A stretch of DNA of 62,916 nucleotides, the filler included, from Candidatus Woesearchaeota archaeon (GTDB lineage: Archaea > Nanobdellota > Nanobdellia > Woesearchaeales > GCA-2685855), in assembly GCA_002685855.1 (NCBI GenBank). It is 6 parts of 6 records of this genome, joined end to end, with 100 filler letters (N's around TTAATTAATTAA, not from the genome) between each part and the next. Parts side by side here need not be neighbours in the genome. Positions count along the whole stretch, not along the records: positions 1 to 10,074 come from NYYS01000045.1; positions 10,175 to 18,702 come from NYYS01000046.1; 4 more parts are not named here. The stretch is one strand, 5' to 3'. The translations under genes and the position numbers were made by a program. Below, piece after piece: positions 1 through 10,175 of the stretch (position 1 is its first letter; each line of letters opens with the position of its first letter). The notes under the pieces are model-generated. The model had not been told where the DNA came from. It saw nothing but the letters and a program-made list of their open reading frames with translations, and did no database searches.

Positions 1-303
1 ATCTTTAATCTCATTCAAAGATTCCTGTGCTGCCTCAGCTCCCCGCTCAGGAAAACCACCGCAGCCAAGACCACGAGTAATATCCTTTCCTAAGAGAAAT
101 TTCTTATCAGACTCGATCATATTAAGATGTTGCTGATCAGTATTACACGCAATGATTTCAGCCCCACGAATACCCTTCTTATAGAGCCAATTAACCATGT
201 TGTTACCTGCCCCGCCAATTCCTATCACTTTGATGTTAGCCTGGCCTACTTCAAGACCATTCCCTTCCAAGTTCCTCTTTGCGCTGTCTACCGTGTAATT
301 CAT
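1..303 (-). CDS. ftsZ: Cell division protein FtsZ, N-terminal part (runs off window start)
   Basis: Manual minus-strand translation from ATG at 303: MNYTVDSAKRNLEGNGLEVGQANIKVIGIGGAGNNMVNWLYKKGIRGAEIIACNTDQQHL...GKDITRGLGCGGFPERGAEAAQES. This has the FtsZ motifs GxGGAGNN, NTD and TRGLGxGG. A GGGGATAGG purine tract lies upstream. Confidence 0.96.
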   Translation of the reverse strand, partial: MNYTVDSAKRNLEGNGLEVGQANIKVIGIGGAGNNMVNWLYKKGIRGAEIIACNTDQQHLNMIESDKKFLLGKDITRGLGCGGFPERGAEAAQESLNEIKD

Positions 304-522
304 TTTGTTCCTATCCCCCTTTTTTTTGGTTGATCTAATCGTGCTCTCTTTATCTATTCCATTCGGCCACATATCCTCATTAGAGAATATAGCTGTAGCT
401 AATCCCCTAGCAATTTCTGTTTACGCCAAAAACTTTATAATGAGGCAACGTCTTCTTTACTGCTATAAATGTGTAAACTAGTATTTAAAGATTTCTGTTT
501 TCTAACCTATCTTTCTCAATAT

Positions 523-1056
523 TTATTTTTCATACAGTATAATCTTCTTACCAGGATATAATCCCATGGTAGACATCTGATCAAACTGATCTGGAAGCAG
601 CGTCAAATGCCGAATATTGAAGTTATAGCGCTCCTTGATGCGTACAATAAGCTCCTTGATCTTTCCCTGATCAACCTCTTCTCCTATAATTAATAAGGAC
701 GCCTTCTCACGCTCCTCCTTTCCATGAAGGATGATAGTAAAGATTTCGGGCATCTGAGCCGCCTCTTTCACAAACTCACTTAAAGCAGACCGCTTGTCTT
801 CCAGGATCGGTTCAAGAAAGGCAGTATGATCGCTCTCACAAAACCGATACAACTTCAGATTTTTCACCTTACGCATCTCCAAAAGCCCCAAAACAACCAA
901 CTTACGACTTATCCGAAATGCGGTGGCCAACGGAACCTTACTCAATTTTGAGATCTCCCTAATCCCATACTCCTGCTCCTGATTCTGAAAAAAGAACTTC
1001 AAGATCTTCAACGTCTTCCTATCAAAGAGCGATTCAAGCAATTCCTTATTGTCCAT
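523..1056 (-). CDS. wHTH plus minimal-nucleotidyltransferase-like domain protein (probable regulator)
   Basis: N-terminal LESLFD..TLKILKFF...YGIREISKLSKVPLATAFRISRKLV is HTH-like. C-terminal IILHGK....ASLLIIG is a degenerate MNT fold. Start moved to MDNKELL, just downstream of a TATA box. Confidence 0.65.
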   Translation of the reverse strand: MDNKELLESLFDRKTLKILKFFFQNQEQEYGIREISKLSKVPLATAFRISRKLVVLGLLEMRKVKNLKLYRFCESDHTAFLEPILEDKRSALSEFVKEAAQMPEIFTIILHGKEEREKASLLIIGEEVDQGKIKELIVRIKERYNFNIRHLTLLPDQFDQMSTMGLYPGKKIILYEK

Positions 1057-1077
1057 ACTCTGATATCCTACACCTTC

Positions 1078-1121
1078 TATATAAAGTTTTCGAAAATGAA
1101 ACAATGTTCCAATTTTGAAAC
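1078..1121 (-). promoter_or_regulatory. TATA box with two adjacent imperfect palindromes (candidate operator)
   Basis: TTTATATA on the minus strand near 1078-1085, then TTTTC-N6-GAAAC (1087-1102) and GTTCC-N6-GAAAC (1106-1121). Confidence 0.4.
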
Positions 1122-1173
1122 AAACTTCCATAATGTCTGCAATCAACAGCACACAGCCAGAGAAAAAATTGTG

Positions 1174-1838
1174 CTATTTCTGATCCTTAAATTCCTCAAC
1201 ACGAAGTTCCAGATCAGCAATCCCCATAACCCTTGCTCCTAAAGCACTATCCGCATGCACCCCCAAAGTGAACCGCGAACCAGGACTCAACAGAACAAAA
1301 TACTGCTTAATCTCCTTCTCCCCATTCGAACTTTTCACATACCGCATCCCATAGGGCCCAACACCTTTGGGTCTTTATCTAAAGACAACACACCCGAATG
1401 CATATGAACAGGAACCCGGTTACCCTTATACGCTTCCCCGCTCTCAACATCAAACGAGCAGGGAAACCTATCAAACACCTTACTGTTCTCGCCTGTAATA
1501 AAGAAACCCTCCCAGGTCATCACAAGCTCATACGGCACACGTGGATGCGGCTGAATAACAGCAGCATACTCAGTTCTCTTAGGAAAATGAACACGCTCCA
1601 GACTTCCAATAGCAATAGCTGCATCCTCGCGAAGATCCAGATCAAGAACACGCCTATAGGCCCTATTATTCCATACGCTGATCATCCCACTTCTATCCCG
1701 GGATAATCCTAAAAAATGAACCCATCCTGAATCCAACTGCTCAGAATCCTGCAAACAAAGATCAAAAAGCTCACCATTTCTTCGATTAACAAGCGAATGC
1801 GTATAGAGCGTCATATTCAAAGAAAAACATCCATTCAA
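1174..1838 (-). CDS. Hypothetical protein, probably frameshifted near 1353
   Basis: The 167-aa ORF stops at 1335. The -1 frame continues GPYGMRYVKSSNGEKEIKQYFVLL...EFKDQK to a stop at 1174. Confidence 0.45.
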
Positions 1839-1849
1839 AATAAATCTTT

Positions 1850-3586
1850 CTATTGCTGATCAAACAACCGCTTTAAATCATCCAACGTAGACATATCCTT
1901 CACTCCCCGATCATCCCGCAACCTCCTCACCCTAGGAAACCGCAACGCAAACCCTGACTCATAGGTAGGACTCTTCTGAATCTCCTCAAACGCCACCTCA
2001 ATAATAACCTTTGGCTCAACCTTCACAACCTTCCCCTCCTCACTCACAACCAACGGCCTCAATAACTCCGTTACCTCAGCAAACGTTAGCTCCTCCCCTT
2101 CCAACTCCTTCAAACCCGTTCCAACCTTTCCAATAGCCAAAAAACCATCACCCTCACGAACCCCCACCAATAAACTCGTAATCCACCCCGAACGTTTACC
2201 CTCACCCCACTCACCACCCAGAATCACAACATCCAACGTCTCCATCACCGGCTTAATCTTCACACCATACCCAACCCTGCTGCCCGGCTTATAAATACCC
2301 TCAAGATTCTTCGCCATCACCCCCTCCTGACCCGCCTTCAACGCCCGCTCATAAAACTCCTCTGCAATCTTCACATCATCAGTCACACACTGCTCAGCCA
2401 AACGAATAGAACCCTTCTTCTCACTTACTACCCTCTTTAGAAGTACACGCCGTTCTTTAAACCCCTTCTCCATCACACTCTTCCCATTCTCAATAAGAAT
2501 ATCAAAAAAATGAACCTCAACAGGAAATTTTTCCGCCATCATCTCAATATCATACTTCCTCCGAATCCGTTGGGAAATACTCTGAAACGGAAGAAACCCT
2601 CCCTTTTTAACATCGATACCAATCACCTCAGCATCCAACACAAGATTCTTTCCATTAACAGAACTCTCAACAGCCCGCACAACATCAGGAAACTGTACCG
2701 TAACCTCCTCCAACCTTCGCGTAAACAAGCGAATACCCTTTCCAACATGAACCTGAATCCGAAACCCATCATACTTGAATTCAAACGCAGCAGGCCTTCC
2801 CACAATACTAAACGCATCCTCAACATCCTTAGCCTTAGGATACAACATCACCTTCAACGGCTTCCCAATCCTCGGCTGAACTTTCAAAAGGCCAGCCACC
2901 TTCTCCTCCTTAGCAATCCTGGCAACCTCCCCCCAATCGTTCACCGTATCAAACGCAGACTGCACCTTCCCCAACAACGCATTATACCCATCACGATCCT
3001 CCACCTCAATCGAACAGGAATCCTCATCATATACAATAGCAGGCTCCAAAAAAGCCCAGACAATCGCATCCCGCAACGTCCCATCCGCCACCCCCAACCG
3101 CAACGTCTCAACAACATTCCCAACAAGATACCTCGCCTCCAAAGGAGAAGCAGAACTCAACAACTCACAAATCAACGCCAACTTCCTATCCACCGCCCCC
3201 TTCCCCTCCATATCAGGCAACTTCTGAAGATTAGAAAACACCTTCTTCACACTAAGCGTCTCAGAAAACAAGGTATTCTGCCTTCTCCTCTTCAACAATG
3301 CCTCAGCAACCAAACCCAGATCCCCCCTCTTCCTCCACTCCACCTCAACTGCCTGTGCAGAAACACCACACGTACTCACCAAAGCCTTCACAACAATCTT
3401 CGAAGCCACCCCAATCTTCCGCTCATCCCACACAGGAAAAATCCTGCCCTGAACCAACAAACAAAGCTGCTCCAGCTCATCCTTCTTAGCCTTTTTCAAA
3501 ATACGAGAAATAAGAAAGGTCTTCCCCAACCGCTTCGACATACCTCCAAGAGCCTCATACAACCCAACAAGCTCAGCATAATCCAT
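1850..3586 (-). CDS. lig: ATP-dependent DNA ligase
   Basis: Motif I EFKYDGFR, EGVMAK, GEWGEGKRSG and ALRFPR, with an archaeal N-terminal DNA-binding domain. Confidence 0.97.
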   Translation of the reverse strand: MDYAELVGLYEALGGMSKRLGKTFLISRILKKAKKDELEQLCLLVQGRIFPVWDERKIGVASKIVVKALVSTCGVSAQAVEVEWRKRGDLGLVAEALLKRRRQNTLFSETLSVKKVFSNLQKLPDMEGKGAVDRKLALICELLSSASPLEARYLVGNVVETLRLGVADGTLRDAIVWAFLEPAIVYDEDSCSIEVEDRDGYNALLGKVQSAFDTVNDWGEVARIAKEEKVAGLLKVQPRIGKPLKVMLYPKAKDVEDAFSIVGRPAAFEFKYDGFRIQVHVGKGIRLFTRRLEEVTVQFPDVVRAVESSVNGKNLVLDAEVIGIDVKKGGFLPFQSISQRIRRKYDIEMMAEKFPVEVHFFDILIENGKSVMEKGFKERRVLLKRVVSEKKGSIRLAEQCVTDDVKIAEEFYERALKAGQEGVMAKNLEGIYKPGSRVGYGVKIKPVMETLDVVILGGEWGEGKRSGWITSLLVGVREGDGFLAIGKVGTGLKELEGEELTFAEVTELLRPLVVSEEGKVVKVEPKVIIEVAFEEIQKSPTYESGFALRFPRVRRLRDDRGVKDMSTLDDLKRLFDQQ

Positions 3587-3926
3587 ACCAACCCAAAGAA
3601 CAACCACTATTTAAACATTATCACTGCCGCCCACAACTACATTTTCCATACATCGCACATGTCCTCCGACACTGCATTTCAATGCCACCGCTCTTATACT
3701 CAGAACCCGAACAACTATTCACATATTCCATACAGATGAAAAAGAGACCCTCTTTAAAAACCTTATGTTGAAAAAAGGCAAATTTGACATAAAGAGCTAC
3801 ATAGAACATCTAATCTTATCTTGTAGAAAATTCTTATGATATTGATCATTCTACCTCTATCTAGTAGGATAGATTGTTCTTTTAAGAATCGAAATACATA
3901 AATAGTATGTTCTTTAAATTAAGAGT

Positions 3927-6184
3927 ATGATGAGCGCTGTGAGGGGGGTTCTTGGACTTTTTCTTGTAAGTGTGGGTTTGCTTGTTCTAGGTATGGGCGA
4001 GGTGAGCGGTGCGGGTTTATCAGAAGCGAAGTGCTATTGTGGCGAGGGTGGAGAGCCGAACTGCGTAAAAACCCCCTGTCCCTGCGGCACATCAACGTGC
4101 ATTAATTGGCACCCCACATGCGCGGAAGGTTTTTCCTGCGAATGTACTTCACCAGGAGCTAATCAATGTAATCCTACAGAAGAAGGGTGCTGTTTGAAGT
4201 TTTCTTTTGATTGGGGAAATGATGCTGCCTGCCCTGTAAATGAAGGTGGTTCTTGTTCAACCACGTGTCCGGATATCTGTTATAATGTCGAGACCTATCT
4301 TGTACGTTCGGGGGCAGGAAGCGGCACATGTAGCAATGGAGCTTGTATGGGTGGAGGAGGATGTTTTACTGAAGACAGCGAACAATGTAGACTATCTACC
4401 TCCTGCTACCAACGATGGTGTGGAGGAACAGAAGATATTACCTGCCATAAGTTGGAATCAGGCTGGCTTTGGAAGGGAACTGGGAGTGTTGGGAGCGAGT
4501 TGGATGGTGGAGCAAATGCCTGTTCAGACTTTGCTGATAATGATTGTGATGGAGACGAAGACTGCGATGATTCTGATTGTGATGGAAACCCCGCCTGCCT
4601 CGGACCTGTATGTGGAGATCTACCTGTGAGCCAGGAGAGAACTGTCCTGATGATTCTACAGGCTGTGTTGACACAATGTGTAATGAACCTACCTGTTCAA
4701 ATGGGTGTGGAGAAACACCCGTCGTAGAAGGAGGAACAGACGAGTCCTGTTTTGGAAGCAACGGATGTGCTGCAGGAATTAACTGCGAGTGTAACGGTGC
4801 TGGTGAATGTATCTCTGATTGTCGGCTCTCAAACGTTGTTATAGAAAACGACTGTGATGTCGATGGCTGCATCGAAGGAGAAGCAGTCAGAATAACCTAC
4901 ACCATAGATGGAAACTGTGGTGAAGGAAACCACATACAGGTTGATGCAGAGGACCTTAGTGGAAACTGCAAAATATCCTTTAGTGGAGAAGACATATCAG
5001 GTGTGTGGAAGAACGGCTTGAATCTGAATAGTTATCAATATCGTATTCGTATGGATGGAGATGCAATCGACTGCTGGGCAACCCAGGGAAGCAACATAAA
5101 ATGCGGAGAACTATTTGATACCCAGTCAGAATGTGAAGCCTACAGTACCTGCACAATATTCGAACCGCCCGAATGCAGACGAATAGGCAAACCCTCACCA
5201 AAAGACTGGGCAGAGTTCGACAGAACATGCATCAGAGTCGGAGGAGCACCCGGACGACAAACAACACTTTGGACTGTACCCAGTGTCCCAACACAATGTG
5301 AAGGAGTCTCAGTAAGCGCAACCAATGCTCGCATCTGGAAAGGAAACCCCGGCACAATAGCCATATCTAACGCAGTAACAGCAACAGGAGGATTCACCTT
5401 CACAGACCCCGACCCTGCACCCGCCTGCTCAGACAAATCAGGCTGGGTAACCAAAACCACCAACCATGGAACATGGGGATGCAACGAACCCATAAAATCC
5501 GGATGCGTCCGCAACGACGACAGCGACGACTACTACGACCGCCACTGCGATGAAGACAAAAAAGAACGAGTAATAGACTACTGGGTCGATAAAGAGCTTA
5601 AAGCTTGCATCACACTTGGAGACGAAGACCATTGCTGCGGAGATGATGACAGCGTCTGCCCCATGGAATATGAAGACAGGTTCGGAACCCGTATTGGTTG
5701 TGGTGGCTTCCCCGATCCTGATTGTTGTGGAGGGGAAAACACACGATGGAGAGAATGCGTGAGAACTGTGTTAAAACCTGACAGATCAGGAGAATTTATC
5801 TATCCTACGTGTGTGACTTCTACCTATGATTCTAGTTGTTGTCCCAACCCAACAGATTGTGTGTATGATGGAGTATGCTACGAAGAATTCACAATAAAAG
5901 AGATATATCCTAATGATAAACAAGAATTTTGCCATCAAGGTAAGTGGTGTCCGGAAGGCATGATCTATAACAGCTTTCAGCTCAGATGTGAGGCTGAGGA
6001 AAGGGTTTGTCACCCCGATCCCCCTGGTGATTGTAGGTATTTGCCGTTTACTGAATTATGGTATGAAGATCCGGACTGCTATTTTCCACTAGGGATGTCT
6101 TATCCAAAGGAAAAAAGTTGCTGCTTTGATTTTAGTCTTGGGGGACAGGACTTTTATAATTTGAAAGATGTTAGAATAGAATAA
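3927..6184 (+). CDS. Large secreted Cys-rich protein, split by a frameshift near 4619
   Basis: Signal peptide and DNDCDGDEDCDDSDC motif. Joining ORFs 3927-4727 and 4610-6184 by adding one T restores PVCGDSTCEPGENCPDD. Confidence 0.75.
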
Positions 6185-6188
6185 GTAT

Positions 6189-7600
6189 TTACCGTAAGAG
6201 CATGAGCTTTTTGTTTTCTCTTTTATTGTCAGTTTGTATGCCGTAAATGTAAATTCCTGAAACCACCTCTCTTCCAACCTGGTTAGTTCCATCCCACACC
6301 AGGTTATGATCTCCCCTTTGAACGTATCCATCTATCAAGGTTCTTACAAGACCGCCACGCACATCCAGGATATAGGCACGAACCTGCCCTGGTTGAGCAA
6401 GATGGAAAGGAATTGTGGTTAAAGGGTTAAAAGGGTTGGGGTGGTTTTGACCCAATAACACTGTTCCAGGAATCTTTGGTGAAGGATCTGATGGCTGTGT
6501 TATTGCTGTTGGTGGTCTGTTAGCCCAGTGACCGATCCATCGTGCTCCAGGAGGATACCCATTCATGAAATGTTGTCTTTGAAGGTCCCACCCATTCGGT
6601 AATGTATCCGATGTTGCTAAACCTTCTTTATAGACGTTCAGTAAGTATTCTTGACTACCCGTCATGTCAGGCATCTGCAAAAAGAAATGTGTACCTTCGA
6701 ATAACATATCAGTATAAGTAATTAAGTCACCGTATTGACCAATGTTTCCCTCACTAACCCAGACTTTTGCACGTTGATATTGTTTAATCCCGTCTTTTTC
6801 CCAGTAGGTTCTAGCGGCATGTGCATGATCATCTAGTTCAAATAATACTCCTGAGTTCTGCCAATCAGGAACAACCTCATACTTAAACCCGAGCTGTCCA
6901 AATAGTTGTAATGCTTTTTCCATGGGTTGATAGTAGTTAATCTCTGCCCAATGTTCGCCTACGCTGGCAACAATAGCAGCACTATCAACTTCTACAGCCA
7001 CCAGGTCAAAAGGATCATCAACAAACCACAAGTTATGATTTCCAAAATCCTGCCTTTCAGGTTCAACATTATAAGGGTGTAATGCAATGGTGCTGTCTCG
7101 AGTTACATCGATACCTAAGAAGTCTGTTGTTGCTGGAATATACACATCCAACGTGGTCTCCACGTCTTCATAGGTTCAAAGGTGTCCAACTCGCGTGTCC
7201 ACGCACGCAACGTATCCGGAACAATAGGAATTACTCGTGTTGGAAGTTCATCTCCTGGATCACTATCAAGGACTTCTACCCATTGTAGTGTGTTATAGGT
7301 AGTATCCCGAGGTGTTCCATGATCTGGTGGAACAGGGTGAACAACCTGTTGGGGACGCACCCAAAGCTCGCCCAAGTTCACTCCTGGAAAACTCGCAATC
7401 CCATCAGCACCCGTTCGTAAACTATCGCCCGCAAACTCCACCACCACATCTTCCACAGGCAAACCCGTCTGAACATGTACCGCTTTAAACTCCTTTGCCT
7501 CAGCAGATAAACTAGAAAAGGCAGCTGTAGCTGCTCCTGCAATCAATAAACTCTTTGGAAGTCGTTGAGATATTTTCCGAACCAGATTTCCAAGACTCAT
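6189..7600 (-). CDS. Secreted protein with C-terminal FlgD-Ig/T9SS type-A-like domain, split by a frameshift near 7172
   Basis: Signal peptide ending SAEA. C-terminus is LGQNHPNPFNPLTTIPF...GGLVRTL...HNLVWDGTNQVGREVVSGIYIY...KKLMLLR. Adding one T joins the two ORFs as FEPYEDVETTLD. Confidence 0.8.
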
Positions 7601-7711
7601 ACAGCTTAGAATTCCCACAAATTATAAAAACATTTCCAACAAACAATTAATAGCAATATGGTAATTAAATCATTCCTAAGGTACTCTTCGAGTAACTATA
7701 GAAAACCCATC

Positions 7712-8629
7712 CTACTCATCCACTACACCAACATCGGTCGTAGGCTCAACCTCATCAAAAAGACTATACGTAATACTATCCAGATACAAAACCCCGTTCT
7801 CAACCTCAACATTCAAAGCCAGATCAGCTCCTATGCTTTCAAACACACACGTCTCTCCACAACCCGTTATCTCGGTAAACACTTCATCATCAATAAAATA
7901 ACCCTGAAGATGAGCAATAGAACCTGCTTTTGTCACAATATCTGTCTCAGTAATATCAAAAAAGATCACCTGACTCGACACCTTATTCGCATACCCTGTA
8001 GAATCTAATGCAGTATGAAGATAAAAAGGAGCATCCCAATCATTATACCTGATAGGAACCTTCGCAACCCCACAACAGAGCTCATCTCCATCACACTCAA
8101 AAAAGATATCATTCACCGCCCATCGCGTACATAACTTTGTTGTATCATACTCAGAAACATCGGTCCCTGCAACACTATAATCAATAGCAGCAGAAGCAAA
8201 CTCAATCCCATCATCATCCTCATCAAAGCCATTCTCACCTCCATAGGCCAACGCTGTCTGAATCGGCCACCCTGAAGAAGACTCCTCAAACACAACCTCT
8301 GCCAAAGGCTCCCCAACCGTCTCCCACACAACCTTCTCACCATCAGAACTATCCACCCAAATCTTCGCAGAACCACTACCAATAAACCTGCCCTCAACAT
8401 AAAGCCTCCTGATCTTCCCTGTCTTCACCAATACAGTCGTGTCAGAAAGAACCGTACGATCCAACACCTCTGTATTCGCAGCCATAAGATTAAACCTCTC
8501 TGTAGCCTGGCCCGCAGTATCAGCATAACCTTCAGAAACCAAACCCTGTTGATTAATAAGATAGACCCCCCCTCCTACAGCAATAAGAAGAGCAATGCCC
8601 ACCACTAAAAACTTCTCCTCATCCTTCAC
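7712..8629 (-). CDS. Hypothetical acidic protein with N-terminal membrane anchor
   Basis: 305-aa ORF with an N-terminal hydrophobic helix followed by a TAGQA motif; GAGGTGA SD upstream. Confidence 0.75.
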   Translation of the reverse strand: MKDEEKFLVVGIALLIAVGGGVYLINQQGLVSEGYADTAGQATERFNLMAANTEVLDRTVLSDTTVLVKTGKIRRLYVEGRFIGSGSAKIWVDSSDGEKVVWETVGEPLAEVVFEESSSGWPIQTALAYGGENGFDEDDDGIEFASAAIDYSVAGTDVSEYDTTKLCTRWAVNDIFFECDGDELCCGVAKVPIRYNDWDAPFYLHTALDSTGYANKVSSQVIFFDITETDIVTKAGSIAHLQGYFIDDEVFTEITGCGETCVFESIGADLALNVEVENGVLYLDSITYSLFDEVEPTTDVGVVDE

Positions 8630-8765
8630 CCATTCACCTCAATCCCTAATAAGCTAGTAAGTTTAAAAACTTTTCTTGTTTCCTTTGTTCTTCAGACTCC
8701 TCAATCAAACAGCTCCCCCTCCCTCTCTACATAAAACATATAAACAACGAACTCATACGCAACCC

Positions 8766-9827
8766 ATGGGCATATTCAACAACGTTCTCAGAGCAGACCA
8801 AACGCTCTTCAAATCAGAAGAATCCCTCGCACCTGAATTCGTCCCCAAGCTCCTCCCCTTCAGAGAAGGAGAACAAAAAAGAATCGCCAGCTGTATAGCC
8901 CCTCTCCTCAACAACAGAAATGGCAGAAACGCCTTCATCGTCGGAGCACCCGGCATAGGCAAAACAGCAGCCTGCAAACACATACTCCGTGAACTCGAAG
9001 AAGAATCAGACGAAATCCACACCATCTACATCAACTGTTGGCAACGAAACACCACCTACAAGATCCTCCTCGGCATCTGTGAAGAACTCAACTACGCATT
9101 CACACAAAACAAAAAAACAGACGAACTCAGCAAAATAGCCGCAGAAATCATCAACAAAAAAGCAGCCGTCCTTGTCTTCGACGAACTCGATAAATGCGAC
9201 GACCACGACTTCCTCTACACACTCCTCGAAGACCTCTACAAAAAAAGCATCATCTGCATCACCAACTACCGATCCGCACTCCTCAACCTAGACGAACGCA
9301 TAAAATCGCGCCTCATCCCAGAAATCCTCAACTTCAAAGAATACAACGCCCAGGAAACCCACCACATCCTCAAAGAACGTACAACCTACGCCTTCTTCGA
9401 CGGTGTCTGGACATCTCCCCTCCTCCAACGCGTCGCAGACAAAACAACCCAGCTCAAAGACATCCGGACAGGACTTTTCCTCCTCAAAGAAGCCGGACTC
9501 CAGGCAGAAGAAACACAAGCAAAACAAGTAACAGACACCCACATACAAACCGCACTAACAAAACTCGACCAATTCACAATAAAAAGCAGCGCAGACCTTG
9601 AAGAAGACGAACAATTCATCCTCTCACTTGTCAAAGAAAGCCCTGGCAAGAAAATAGGAGACCTCTACCGCCTCTACCAATCAAAAGGAGGCAAAAGCAG
9701 CTACAAAACCTTCCAACGAAGAATCTCCAAACTCGGAGAAGGACACTACGTCTCCCTGGAAAAAACACACACAGGAGGCACAACAACCATAGTAAACAAA
9801 AAAATCACCGACTACACCCCGCCATAA
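8766..9827 (+). CDS. cdc6: Orc1/Cdc6 replication initiator family AAA+ ATPase
   Basis: FVPKLLPFRE, Walker A GAPGIGKT, YINCW, Walker B VFDELD and a C-terminal wHTH; start at MGIFNN. Confidence 0.93.
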   Translation: MGIFNNVLRADQTLFKSEESLAPEFVPKLLPFREGEQKRIASCIAPLLNNRNGRNAFIVGAPGIGKTAACKHILRELEEESDEIHTIYINCWQRNTTYKILLGICEELNYAFTQNKKTDELSKIAAEIINKKAAVLVFDELDKCDDHDFLYTLLEDLYKKSIICITNYRSALLNLDERIKSRLIPEILNFKEYNAQETHHILKERTTYAFFDGVWTSPLLQRVADKTTQLKDIRTGLFLLKEAGLQAEETQAKQVTDTHIQTALTKLDQFTIKSSADLEEDEQFILSLVKESPGKKIGDLYRLYQSKGGKSSYKTFQRRISKLGEGHYVSLEKTHTGGTTTIVNKKITDYTPP

Positions 9828-9906
9828 CCTATGAAGACGCCTGTGAAGAGAACATCACTGAAATAGATATAGAAACTTTTTTGAATAGAACAGGATTAAT
9901 AAACTG

Positions 9907-10074
9907 ATGCCGCTTCACCCAGATCCGGAAGAGTTCGTTCTTCATCCTCTAACTCTAAACAACACATCCCTTCTTAAAGAACTCTGCAACGAAATCAGGA
10001 AGATACCCAAAACAGGAACAAAGATCATCTCCCTCATTGGAGGACCCGCAAGCGGAAAAACAACCCTTGCACAC
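9907..10074 (+). CDS. P-loop kinase-like protein, N-terminal fragment at contig end
   Basis: IISLIGGPASGKTTLA Walker A motif, cut by the spacer. Confidence 0.6.
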
Positions 10075-10174
10075 NNNNNNNNNNNNNNNNNNNNNNNNNN
10101 NNNNNNNNNNNNNNNNNNTTAATTAATTAANNNNNNNNNNNNNNNNNNNNNNNNNNNNNNNNNNNNNNNNNNNN
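10075..10174. other. Artificial contig spacer
   Basis: N-run, TTAATTAATTAA (stops in six frames), N-run. Confidence 0.99.
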
Positions 10175-10175
10175 C

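Noticed and set aside
2510..3739. 409-aa plus-strand ORF and similar long antisense ORFs (for example 11665-12294, 14518-15330, 16625-17215)
   Set aside because: They are shadows of real minus-strand genes; the C/A-rich strand has few stop codons and the products are low-complexity.
4583..4600. A_AAC_CCC as a programmed -1 slippery site
   Set aside because: Shifting there would lose the CLGPVCGD module; an indel near 4619 gives the better protein.
8630..8765. Replication origin next to cdc6
   Set aside because: The intergenic gap is short, no ORB-like repeats are visible, and strand skew does not switch across cdc6.
10075..10174. Recurring TTAATTAATTAA within N-runs as a biological repeat
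   Set aside because: It is an identical 100-nt six-frame-stop spacer used to concatenate contigs. ORFs crossing it are artefacts.
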